Source of the DNA: Chrysomallon squamiferum
Lineage: Eukaryota > Animalia > Mollusca
Assembly: GCA_012295275.1 (NCBI GenBank)
Contig: CM022677.1
Coordinates: 9,672,001-9,736,000, forward strand
Direction: 5' to 3'
DNA: 64,000 bases
The translations under genes were made by a program, and so were the position numbers. Within the stretch, counting starts at the first letter, position 1. Every line of letters starts with the position of its first letter. A model generated the notes under the pieces. It made no database searches. It had not been told where the DNA came from and saw only the letters and a program-made list of their open reading frames with translations. Below, in pieces: positions 51,540 to 64,000 of this stretch.

Positions 51540-51750
51540 GTATGATGTAGTACAGGTACCGGACCAATTCTTCGGCATCCTGAAATCCAGAAAGACCAGA
51601 TAACCCGAAATTTTAGCCTGACGCTATTTTCATAGTTGGCGCGTGCAGGTGTTGTCGTCACCAGTCAGAACTACTCTTTCAAGCCGCGAGGCGTTCGTTC
51701 ACTCGCCACATTGTTTACATGTCGAGTCGTCATAGTTGTCTATCGTCACT
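51540..51750. promoter_or_regulatory. CpG-rich promoter-like island
   Basis: Dense CpG and GC segment (ggcgcgtgc, gccgcgaggcg, tcgagtcgtc) in an otherwise very AT-rich background; target gene not identified. Confidence 0.3.
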
Positions 51751-53477
51751 TTTCTTTATATTTTTTATTTTAAAATATTTATAAGTAATATCGGTGATAA
51801 CAAAGTAAATTCTGTCTCTGAATTTCGTGTTATCTGTGTGAAAATCTAAAATGTTCTTCACATTAAATACTGATAATTATTTTCGAGGAGTTATTTTTTT
51901 TATTTTATTTATTTATTATTAATTTTTTAATTTTTTATATGATTTTAAAAAAAAAAAATTCACTTACTTATTTATTGATTGATTTATTATTATTATTTAT
52001 TTTATTTATTGATTTATTTGATTTTATTTTTTTGAAGAAGAAGATTACAAAGGTGGGTTGTCACAAAACGCACACGGATTCTGATGATACATTATTCGTT
52101 TATACTGAGATGGATCATCAAAACTGACTTACATAAATCTGGTTAATCCTTAATTTAAAGCTGAATTTAATGTATTTTTTAAATAAGTAAGTAAGTAAAT
52201 TAGTAAGTAAGTAAATAAAATAAGTAAATAAATAAATAAACATATAAAGGAACAAAAACTACATTTTTAAATTAATTTTTTAGTGTTGATAATTAAAAAC
52301 AATACTTGTATATCACCTTTTCAGTGTCTATTCAAAATTTTAAAAATTAATATTTCCATTCTTTCTGAAATTTAAAGTGATATAAAATTATTTTTCCAAT
52401 GATCTGCATATCTGTAATGTGTTATTAATAAATGGAAATTATCGATGAAATCCTATTTTTCTATATACTGTAGGTAATTAAATTTAACATAACCAACGTT
52501 ATATACTTCATTATTTTTCTATTATTCACGCAGTGTTTATTATTGGAAAACAAACGTATATATATTAAAATATCACCTATTTTTCATATATATATATATT
52601 GATCAAGTTAAGTATAGAAACGTTCGTGAGATTGTGATAAAGTAAATTGATGTATTCTTATTAAAAAAAAATTAAAATTATAGTCGATGGTTAATTTAGT
52701 CGTATAGACGGTGGTGATGGTGTTAGAGTGATTTTTATAGCAAAAGGTGAAAATCATTTGCAGGTTGATGAGGCCCTGTATAGAATATAGATGACTGAAT
52801 ACAGGGATTTCTTCCATATCACTTTTTTAATATAAACTATTTTAGAGTGACAGGATTAAAGGCGTGTCCACGAGAGATTAACGTGAGTTTTCTGTTACTC
52901 ACACCACATATTATAATGATAATTACATATGTCATGTTAATATTAACAAACAAAGAGACGAACTGCGAGAGAAATGTTCTTTTCCGTTAACAATATTAGA
53001 GATTATAACGAGGAAAGGTGATATTACAGAAAAATGTGAGATCCCGCAGGATGATTATGATATTTTATTATCTAATTATAGTTTAATTATACAGATAATA
53101 TACGACGATGACAGTAAAATAACAATAATTAAGACTACAGACTACACAAGCCTCTCAAATCACATTTAGTGATAACCAAACATTTTTGGCTACCATTACA
53201 ACATCTGATGAATCTTGGCTCCTTTCCCTGTAAAACCAAACAGCTCTGGACAAATGTCTTACAAAAAACAGAACCATGTTGCAAACAGGGCAGCTAGAAT
53301 AAACTCAATCCCACTCTGTAATATCCGTAAAAAACACACAATGGAATACATTCATACATACATACATACACACACACACACATATACACATACACACATA
53401 CACACACACACATATACATACACATACGAACAAGCAACCTCATTATTCAAGATGAATGTAAAACTTTCCTTTGCTTT

Positions 53478-55550
53478 TCTTTTCACTGACTGGATAAGAC
53501 TAATGACCCCAAATTGACAAGCAACAGGAACAAATTCAGATTACCCGAAGTATACATGCGTCCAATTTTGAGATAACCACCAATAGCAAACAGAGCGGTC
53601 ATTGAATTTCATCATGAAAAATAAAATTTTGGAATAATCATTTTTGAAGAAATCATCCACTGTAGACACACTGTCTGTTTGCTGTGAAAAAAACAACGAA
53701 ATGTTGGTCTAAGAATACTGAGATGAAAAAGGACGTAATCCCTTTCATTGAAGGTTACCAACGATAGAAGAAACAAGAAAACAAGAAAAAAAAAAAATGA
53801 GGATTGGAGATAAACACTGATAGTAGCAGACTACTGATCCAGATTATCTGACTGATGTTTTCAAACAACTTAACAGTGATATATGTATAAGCATAAACGT
53901 TTAAAAATCAATGAGAAAATTGTTTGGGGAAAATATTTAATTCTTCATTATTATTATTATTACTATTATTATTATTATTATTATTACTTTATAAAATTAA
54001 TATTATTTATTCTGTTTTTATTTATTTATTTATTATCATCTATATTTTGCTGACCTGTCAGTAAGTCAAGTTGATTGGTCAGTTTGAATATTATCATTAG
54101 AAACAAGGCAATTAGCAACTAGACATTTAGCAACAGAGCAGTCAAATAAAAAAAAGAGAAAAAATGAAGTGGTTATCTTGGTGTTGTCCGTGTCTGAAGC
54201 GCCGAAGACATAAAAAGAAATTTTAAAAAATCCTTGAGGCTAAACAAGAGGTGCTAAGAGGTTTGTATTAACTGTAATTACGAATTTAAAGAGATGGTAA
54301 TTGATAAGTATCAGTAGTAGTCAAGTATGTCACGTGACTAATTAAAAATATCATGTCCAAATGTGTCTTAAACTTAGACTATGTAACTGAACAAATAAAT
54401 AATAAAACAATAATCTAAAACCAAAAATAACTGGAAACAATATCATGTTGATATGAAACTTTATCTAATTGTTTATAATTTGCAGTGGCCATTTGAATAT
54501 TGCCGAATGTATGGACCATCCCAAGTTTAATCCGTTTAAAGAATTTGATTTGTTTTGGCAAAGCAACGAAGATTTGCGAGCTGAGCTATACGCACTACGA
54601 AAGCCACCAAAACGCTACTATGAGCTTCTCAGAAAGAACAGAGAGTTGTGCAGTATTCTCACAGATTTATTGTATTAGAAAAAGAAAAACAAAAAAACAC
54701 CTTTGATCAGTCTGTCCTTAAGTTGTTGTACAATAGAATACAGAATTTACTCTCTGTAAAATTATTAACTGTTTTATAATTTTTTGATTCTCTCTGTTAG
54801 CTATGATTTTATATCTAAACTCACTGTTCTCGAAAGTATTGATTTCATTGTACCTGAACACCAAAACATTCTCTATAAATTCTGTATTATTTATTTATTT
54901 ATTTATTTATTTTCTTTATTTTTTTCTCCATTTTTTATATTATTTTTTAAATTGATTTATAATCTTTTTTTAAATTTGTTTAGTTAAACATCACAAACAT
55001 TCTGTACCACTTTTCAGTTTAAATGAATAAAATGCCATTACTAAATATATTCATTCATTATTTGTATGTACATGTATATACACATACATACATACATGTA
55101 AACACATGCCTGCATACATACCCACATGCATAAAAAAATACACACATACACACACAAATACATAAACATACATTGGCTCATGGTATATTTGTGATGCATG
55201 TTTCAAAATTTTAATTTATTTATTTTCATATATATTTTTAATTTATCTATTTATAGTTTTCTTTTTCTTTTTTCCCCTTGTTTTTTTCTTTTTCTTTTTT
55301 CTTATTTACAATAGACATACATTATTTTACAAAAATAATTTCTATTGTTTAGTATTTAAAATTAAAACAAAAAAAAGTATGGTGTCGTCAAAAAAACCAC
55401 AAAAAAAGTTTCTAGTCACTTGTAAAATAAAATTGTTGTTCTACTATTTCCCTGTTTAGATGTGGTTAGAACAGGAAATTACTATTACTGTAATTATCAT
55501 CTACTATTATTATAGTAGGTTGCTCCCTATTATTGTAATTATCTTCTACT
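53478..55550 (+). repeat. Segmental duplication copy B
   Basis: Same blocks in the same order, about 11.5 kb downstream of copy A. Confidence 0.9.
54164..54678 (+). pseudogene. Orphan two-exon gene, broken copy 2
   Basis: Exon 1 (54164-54260) reads MKWLSWCCPCLKRRRHKKKF*KILEAKQEVLR with a GTTTGT donor. Exon 2 from 54486 has an out-of-frame deletion but an intact C-terminus (...KNRELCSILTDLLY stop). Confidence 0.65.
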
Positions 55551-58500
55551 GTTTTTATAAACATGTAAAGATTAATTTTATTGATTTACTGGAATTCCAT
55601 TCACTTTTCCAAATAACTTACAGTTTTCTTCATTAATTACTTAATGTTATAGCAAATAGCTGTAATAAACAGTTATAATGTATATCTGTCTTTACGTGTG
55701 TGTTTAGTAATTTTTGTCACTAAATTTGTTCTCCAAGCATTTGGAAAGGTGATTACAAGTTTATAGAATGCATAGATCAAACCACTTAACTACTAACACA
55801 TCTAATTAAACTGGTCTCCTCAAGCACAACCCAGTTAAGCACAGAAGTGCTTAGCCCAGTATTCCACCTGACTGCCTCTCTGTAAGACAACTGGATGGTT
55901 TCACAACATATTACATTATCAGTTTTCACAAGTGTGGAAAAATTAAATTGAAATGGCTCCAAAGGTTCCTGATTAAAAATTTTCAAAAATGAATTGGTAA
56001 CAGAAACTTATCTTACTTGTGATTCATAATAAACATACAAAAAGCTATTCATAATAAACATACAAGACATCCAAAGATACTAATATTTTCATATAACAAT
56101 TTGTTTAATAGAAAAAAGTATATTTGTTAAAGAAGTTATCTCTGTTAATAAGAACTGTACGTCCTCCAAGTTAAACTTTCACACAAATGCATTTTAATTT
56201 TTGTTATCGTTATTTGTACTACATTTTTACTGTAATCCTGAAGTTTATGAGAATAAAATTGCTAATAAAAATGAATTACCAATAATGATCATAATAATAA
56301 TAAAACTTTAAAAGCTTTATATTTTCTCATATATTAAAAAAAAAATGCGAATTTGTAATACAAATGTAATTTTTTACTTACACTTATTGACATGGTATGC
56401 TTTTGTCAGGAGAATGATATTGTTAAAGTTAAGAAATGTATAGAAATGTTTATAAATTATTATTATTTTTAATATACAATGCTGACGTTAATAATGATTG
56501 AAATTTACTGTAAATATCGATTCATTATTTTTATGTATTTATTAAGAGTTAAATATTATGAAAGTATCATTACTACCACAAGATGTTTTTGACATAAAAT
56601 ATTACAAAAAGATAATAATAAAAGTATGAGTTAAACATAAAGGAGAATATTACTGAACAAAAATCTAGAAAACAAAACAATTTTTTTTTTTAAATTGTAA
56701 TATTTATTCATACTGAAAAATATATTAATAATTTATTACTATTACTTTAAAATATGTAACACCGATTTGGAAAACAACAAACTTTGAAATAAAGATTAAA
56801 ATTAGGAAGTAATCATGTACATATTTTACCTTAAAATCATTTATCATACAGGCAGTGTAAAGTAGCAGATATAAAAATCTGAAAAAAAAAAAGTAATAAT
56901 AAATAAAAAAAAAATAAATAAAAGAATTATTCTGATTTAATTAAATTAAAAATGTTTAAAACCGTAACATTGACACATACACACCTGATATGTTTTTTAA
57001 CTGGTTAAACCTGATAAAACAGACAGAAATCAGAAATAACACAACAGTGATATTATAATTTAAAAACAGATACTAATATAAAATGTAGTTTTTGAAAAAA
57101 AAAAAAAAGAGAAAGAAAACAGAAGTTATTTTTAAAAAAAATAAAAGAAAAAAAAAATACTGGCTTTCTAAATAATCACATTTAAATCTACCTTGATGTT
57201 AAGTATTCTAAAAAAAAAAAATTCAAACTTTATTTTTGGTAAAGATTGTTGCAAATATTTGAAAATATTTTACAGAGTTAAAAATAAATTTAAAAAAAAC
57301 CCAACTGTGAAGATGTTTTTATATTATACAAGTTAGAGAAGAAATAAAAATAACAATAACAGACTGAGTTTCTTCTTTGGTTTTCAGATAATAACAAATA
57401 ATAACGAATTTAAGTCAATTTGTTTGTCTGTATTATTATACCACCAAAAATGTCAGAAATGAAATAACAAGAAAAAATGTGAATAATAAAAGCAATATTA
57501 TATAATAAATAAATATTTGTAAAAACAAAACAAAGAAAGAAAAAGAAAGAAAAAAAAAAAAGAAAGAAAAAAGCAACAAAAGTGAGAAGAGGTGAAGATA
57601 GCTGCAAAGTCAAAACATATTTTGATTTACTTTTCTATTCAGAAAACAAATGCTAATATCTGTTGAAAATAATTCAATAAACAATAGATAAAGTTATAAG
57701 TATTTCATTTATCTATAATTTTTTATCAACATATTTCTGATTGTTCTTATTTCAAAATAAAAAATTGTAATGGTGATGTAAGTTTGGAGGATTTATTGAA
57801 AACATTTATTTAAAATGTAAAATCACTAAAATAAGTATAAGCCTCTGTGATCAAACACAATAACAATTACAAGCTAATACTTTAACATTGCTTTTTACTC
57901 ATGACAATGTATACACATTTATATATAACACTGGCTTGAACTTGCTCAAGAACTGAACTACATGAATTTTCTACAAGCATCAATAACTGATTATCTCAAA
58001 TATATTTGCTGTTAATTCAGTATAAACATACTATTGTTAAACATGAAATAAGTATAGTGGGTATGTAAATCTGTGATACATATACTGAATGTAAATAAGT
58101 ATACAAGGTACATATATTAATATTGATATTAAATATCCTGGCTTAAGTTACAGTCATTAACTAAGTATATCCAATATCTTGTGAGAATATTTTATTACAT
58201 GTCATTTAATGTTTGTGGTCAACCTGTTCATATACACATCAGAATAAAACATAAAAATGAGTAAGTAATAGGGAATTTTGGTAAACCTTTTCAAAACAAA
58301 AACAATCTTACCATAAAATATATTTTTGAAAAATAAATACAATAACTACATAAAAGTTTCTAACTCAATAAAACCTGGAGAAATGCAACCACAAACACAC
58401 GCACACACACAATTACTTTTCAGTTATAATGTGTTTTGTTTGGAATACAGAATTATTTTCAATACCAACATTTATTTAAATAAAATATTACATTTCTGAT

Positions 58501-58729
58501 ACAATTTTAAATTAGAACAAGTAAAAATGTATTTTATACAACTGCACAATAATCCACAAGAAAGAAATTATGTGATATTATGGCTTAATATATATTGCAA
58601 AAAAAAATTAAAAATTACCCTGCGTACTGAATCCGGAATGAAGTCATATTTTTAATATTTTTTAGTTAAGCAAATAATCAAATTTCTTATATCATAAATA
58701 TCATTTTTATACCATCAGCTCGTGTGACC

Positions 58730-59010
58730 AACTAGTTTTAATAATAAATCACAGACACCTGCAAACTATTTAGATCTAGTTTTAATAATAATCATATAAA
58801 CCTACAAATTATTTACATCTAGTATTAATAATAATCACGTAAAACTACAAATTATTTTATCTAGTATTAATAATAATCATGTAAACTTACAAATTATTTA
58901 TCTCTAGTATTAATAATAATCACGTAAACCTACAAATTATTTATATCAAATATTAATAATAATCATGAAAACCTACAAATTATTTATATATTGTATTAAT
59001 AATAACCACA
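58730..59010. repeat. Minisatellite, about 7 x 41-43 bp
   Basis: Unit ctagtattaataataatcacgtaaacctacaaattatttatat. Confidence 0.9.
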
Positions 59011-59489
59011 GAGACCTGGTTTTCAGATGCATCTTCAGTACTAATACAATCTTTAGTATAATTTTATATGCGGATAATGTGTAAATTCTTATTTGGAGCT
59101 CAGTTTTGTTTCCTCAACAACACAGAGTATATTTATTAGATAATCAAGTGAACAAAGTTGATACAGTTCAGCTAAGAAATACATGGATAATGTAATTAAC
59201 ATTTCTTTTACAATGATGTATAACAAAGCTAATAATGTCACATGATAAAACAGTTTTGATGATATACACAATAATATTTCACATGCATAAACTGAAATAA
59301 ATATGTATGTACTTAGATTAATCAACAGATATGCAATGTAATTATACACTTGTATGTTGAATATAATATTTAATTATGTATTTTATATGTAGCTAAGACT
59401 GATATATTGTATGGTTTTATAAACCGGAAATTGTTAATGATATATATGTGGATGGTATTTAAAAAGGTTGTATTATATATTTTATTTCA

Positions 59490-60921
59490 TCATGTCTCTT
59501 GTTCATCTTCATACTCTTCTGTGTCTCGAGGTGTGTAGATTATCTCCCCTGACAGAAGTGAGCGAGGAAAGAGACCCATGTTTAACATGTCCTGTAGAAT
59601 CTGCAATAATGTTATATACACCTTTACACACCAGTGTGTGTTTCTACACACACTCACACAGTGAGAGAGAAAGCAACTCAAGAAAAACAACTGAACAGAA
59701 AACAGGAAATAGTGATAAAGTATGTAGTGTGTGTGAGGGAGAGAGACAGAGAGGAAAAAAGTAAGAGTGAAAACATGTGAGAAAGATAATCTGAGTGTAA
59801 ATATTCACTTTGATTCTAAAATATGTAAATATATATTTCTTTAGTAAATGAAAAGAAACAATCTAAATATGTTCCCTCTCTTCAAAATAAAAAATAAAAA
59901 AAAAAATAAAGATTACTGAAAAATCCAAAACATCTGTTGTTAGTGAACCATCCAGAGCACATAAAAGAGTAAAGCTAATCAAACATGTGGTAACGTATCT
60001 GGTTCAGGTAATTTCTAAACACAATTTACCTCATGAAGTGATTCTACTGTAAGTTGAGGTTTCTCAAACACAAATCCTGTTTCTTCTAACTTTGTTCCAT
60101 CCAGGTACAAATGTTTATTGTATAATAATTCCTGCAAAAATGATTTAAAAAACCCACCATATACAAATAGCACAATATCTACAACTAAATCTAAGTCAAA
60201 ATATCTGTAACACTGCTTCAGTTTTTCAAGTTAATTTAAAAGTTGAATTAAGTTATATTTTACAGAAATAGAAGCTGTTTTTTCACTTAAACTGCACTTT
60301 AAAAACATGGTATCATATCACTAAAAAGTACAGTAACAACATAAAAGAAGGGAAAAAAAACTTGTTTTAGTTTTATTAAAAAAATCTAATTAAATTATCA
60401 TTATGTTGTCAAGGGACCCACCCAGTCAAATATCTGGAATGTTTTACCAAGAGTGCAGTTTTGAATGAATAAAGTGCTTTTATGGCTCAAATGATTTTTG
60501 TGAGAAATAACATGTTTACATAACAGCATTATATGTGTTCACTGGATGTAGACACACGACAAAAGAAAAATAACAACTCATGATTTATTTCCTTTAAAAT
60601 CTGTGTTGTGATCACTAGTTTTCTCAAAGAACACTGCAAACATTCTCTGAATTCTGGTGGTGAAATTTCATGATGCCAATTAAGTTTACACATTGTTACA
60701 CCCACCACATTATTGTATTCACAACAAATTATTATTTAAGCCCCAGACAAACTGTTTATGTTACAGGAATGTAGAAATATTAATTTTAAACAACAGTCAA
60801 TGTTTACCTGGTCTATGAATGGATTCAGTGGTGTACTTCCAATTCCATCTCGCTGACATGCATCAGCCCATGGAGCCATATGTTTGTCATTGATGTCTTC
60901 TACTACATGTTGCATGTTAAT
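59490..60921 (-). CDS. NAD-dependent epimerase/dehydratase (extended SDR, Drosophila CG5854-like); last three exons, gene continues beyond the window
   Basis: Phase-0 exons with canonical splice sites: 60808-60921 (INMQHVVEDINDKHMAPWADACQRDGIGSTPLNPFIDQ), 60030-60131 (ELLYNKHLYLDGTKLEETGFVFEKPQLTVESLHE) and 59490-59600 (ILQDMLNMGLFPRSLL...EQET stop). Family recognised from memory of the INDKHMAPW, TPLxP and KHLYLD motifs. Confidence 0.85.
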
Positions 60922-61348
60922 CTGAAATTATAGGTGTTTTCACACTGTATGACTTTACATATGCTTGTCACTGATGTCTTCTACTACATGTTGCATGAAA
61001 TATATACATGTGTGATTTTACATTATATATTCAACCAAAAATGAAAGTATGCAGGTTGAAATCTTGAGTATATTCTAGTATTCCATTTGATTACATTTAA
61101 AAACCAATGATCATATGTGCAACACTATGTCATGGATTACTGCTTGCTTGATGACTGAAAATATGTGATTAGGGTATCCTCTGCTGTGAGTAATGCTTTA
61201 ATGCCACGCCTCTCACAAAATGACTTAGAGAACAGTTGGGATGCTTGATACTGGGGTTAGTGTCAATGTCATGGCCAGACATATTATGGTGTAACCAGAG
61301 ACATTATACTGAGACATTATACACAGACACTATACTGAGACCCTAGAC

Positions 61349-63439
61349 CAGTGATTTTCAACCAGTGTGCCGTGAAATTCTGAATGGCACACTAAGAAAA
61401 TGCAAAAAACCACATGATCCCAATTGAGTATTCACAGTCTGTGGTGTAACATGTTTACACTGTGATGGGGGATGGCATGGTCACGTGATGTCCTGGACCA
61501 ATCAGCAGGCGCCATTCACTGAGTGTAGCAGAAAAGTGGGTTTGATGTGCATGTGCTTGTTGAATATGGGTTGATTTTCTTGCTTTTTACACCAGTGAGT
61601 TCCAGTGTTTCATCATCTTATGCTAATGAGGTTATAGTAGAGGTCTGTAGCTGTCTACTGGTTAATGGCAGATTTACAACTCTTTTCCCTCACATGGAAA
61701 AAACGCAACACACCTTTTGCAAAATTGCACACATTTTTTTTCCACGCTCTGGTTCAAACTGAATATTTTTGTGTGTAATACATTGAAAATTGATGATTAC
61801 CAGCTAGACATTATCTCATAGATAGGAAGACATATTTTTTATTGTTTTGCTGTGTTTGTACACGAAAGAGAAAGCTTTGTGGGACAGAAAGACACTGTCA
61901 TCTAAATATAGACAAACCTACCCAAAACTGTCATATTAATATTTCATGACCCTTCACAATGGATAAATATTTGAAAAGGAAAGCTATTAGTGATGAATCT
62001 AAGTCCAGAGATGAATCTAAGTCAACCTCTATTGTCAAAAAGAGAAACATTAATCAACAATACTGTGAAAAGTATTTGAATTTTATTGGTCTGGTGATGT
62101 TGACAAATCAAGTCCATCACTTGTAGTGTGCAGTGAAGCAATGTCAAATGAATCCAAGAAAGTTAGAAAGACATTTTAATTCATAACATAAATCACTCAC
62201 ACTTGCTGCGTCAGTCATCCTCCCAGCTTGCAAAAAGATGGTAAAATCCATGTTTGGTGAAAAGGCTGAGAAGGAACTGAACAATATCCTGCTTTCAAAT
62301 GATACAAAACCTAGAATCCTAGATCAAAAAATATTGAAGACAATATTCAGAAAAAGCTTAAGAATTCTAATTTTGCTTTAACTGTGGATGAATCCACTAA
62401 CATCAGTAATAAAAGTCAATTGCTTACATTTGTACATTTTATTGACGAGAATGATTAATAAATCAATGTTTTTGCTGTAAAGAAATGTCCACAACTGCAA
62501 GAGGTCAAGATATTTTTGATTTGATAACAGGCTACCTCAAAGAAATGAATTTGTCTTGGAAGTCCTGTGTTGGCATTTGCACCGATGGAGCCCCATGCAT
62601 GACAGGCTGTATTAAAGGATTTGTATCCTTCATAGAAACAGAAAATCCAAATCTCATTTGTACTCATTGCTTTCCAAATAGAGAATTTCTTGTTTCAAAA
62701 ATATCGCAGGAAGATTTAAAGGTTGTGTTACATCAAGTTATTGGAATGGTCAGTTATATAAAAAGAAGGCCATTAAGTCACGATTATTTGAACAACTGTG
62801 CAAATAGATGGACTCTCAGCATGTTAAGTTATTAATGCACACTGAGGTTTGCTGGCTGCCGAAAGGCAAAGTACCAAATCGTGTTCACGAACTGCACAAG
62901 GAATTACTATCATTTTTTCTTCAGGAAAAGCAGGAGAAATTCTGTGAATACCTTAGTTGCGAATTTTGGATTTCAATTCAAGAGGAGTATCCCATATTAT
63001 GTAAAAGAGCTTTAGCAATTTTATTACAATTTTCAACTTCTTATATATGTGAATTAGGCTTCTCAACATTAAACAACATCAAAAACAAGAAACGCGAGAT
63101 TACGTACAACAGAAGAAGAAATGAGGGTGTGTCTGTCTCATATTCGACCAGACTTTGAGGAAATTATGAATAAAAACCAGGCACAAATGTCTCACTAAAG
63201 AAGCCAACTGATGAAATTCAAAACACTGCAGTGAAGTATAGCTGTGTTTTTCTTTATTTAGTTTGAGTCATTCTATGTGTCTATGACTAGTCTGTGTTTA
63301 TGGTTGTATGCCGTCTATGACTTGCCATGTTTTTATTTTTCAAAATTCAAATATTTTTCATATATATTTAGCCATGTGTGCCACTATTTTTTCATGTGTT
63401 CCAAGGTGTGCCTTTGGCAAAAAAGATTGACAACCACTG
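61349..63439 (+). mobile_element. hAT DNA transposon, Buster/Charlie type, degenerate
   Basis: Terminal inverted repeats cagtgattttcaacc and (reverse complement) cagtggttgtcaatc. 8-bp target-site duplication ccctagac/ccctaaac with a central TA. Internal transposase remnant. Confidence 0.93.
61959..63198 (+). pseudogene. Frameshifted Buster-type hAT transposase (ZBED8/SCAND3-like family)
   Basis: Starts MDKYLKRK; contains VDEST, CVGICTDGAPCMTG, THC, HTEVCWL and FSTSYICELGFS; ends QAQMSH stop. Multiple frameshifts, stops and deletions. Confidence 0.9.
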
Positions 63440-64000
63440 CCCTAAACAGATGCACTAAACAGAAACACTAAACAGAGACACTAAACAGAGACACTATAAG
63501 ACACACTGTACTAAGACACCATACAGATACACTATTCTGTACACTATAGAAACATTAAACAGAGACACTATATAGAGACTTAACAACTGTTTGCAGCACA
63601 CTGGATCCACAGAAGTTACACTGTAAATATCTAGTCATTACACTCCAGACCAAGCATTCTTGTCTGAAATTCCATATTCATGAGCTGCCAACCTGCGAGA
63701 TCTATTTATAGTCTGTCAGACATGACCATGGACGTATGTGCAAGGAATCAATAGAAAAATATTTTCTCTACTGCTAAATTGTTAGATCCTGTGATGGGGG
63801 CTGACAGATACAGTGTCATGCAGTGGGTGGGATTATCACAGACAACATTTGGACTATCAAATAAAATGTCTCTGCTCTTTGTGTCCTTCGTAGCAGGATG
63901 TCTCCATGTCACTGATAGAAACATCACAGGTTTCACTAACTGGATGGACTCGTTCTACCAGTTGTAATTATTTATATGACACAACATCCAGACATAACAG

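Larger units (their letters stand above)
61028..64000 (+). mobile_element. Degenerate Tc1/mariner element interrupted by the hAT insertion
   Basis: Left end tattcaaccaaaaatgaaagtatgcaggttgaaatcttga matches the ends of the 30925-31678 element. HTH-like start MPRLSQN...GMLDTGVSVNVMARH near 61201. QHTGST and SVMQWVGLS remnants follow the hAT. Confidence 0.7.

Noticed and set aside
54261-54296. Several in-frame TAA codons suggesting stop-codon recoding in the orphan gene
   Set aside because: An earlier phase-1 donor at 54260 places them in the intron, and neighbouring genes use the standard code.

Overview
AT-rich, microsatellite-rich animal genomic DNA with spliceosomal introns. It is probably a lophotrochozoan, likely a mollusc; this is an inference from gene content and repeats only. 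The main feature is a complete 21-exon chitin synthase on the minus strand (CDS 30385->17195, about 1429 aa by my exon assembly). It has the QRRRW, EDR and TDAD motifs, two C-terminal SAM domains and no N-terminal myosin domain that I can see. The last three exons of a conserved NAD-dependent epimerase/dehydratase (Drosophila CG5854-like) lie at 59490-60921 (-). Between the two genes are a six-cysteine WAP-like exon, two complementary broken copies of a small orphan gene and symmetric exons of an unknown + strand gene. Transposon remnants include Tigger/pogo, Tc1, a Buster-type hAT nested in a Tc1, and probable piggyBac, LINE and Polinton fragments. The most unusual structural signals are tandem arrays copied from the gene's own splice donors, a candidate 18-nt microexon, and a hairpin array bracketed by two polyadenylation signals behind the chitin synthase. 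I found no unambiguous new multi-gene system; the speculative items are labelled as such.
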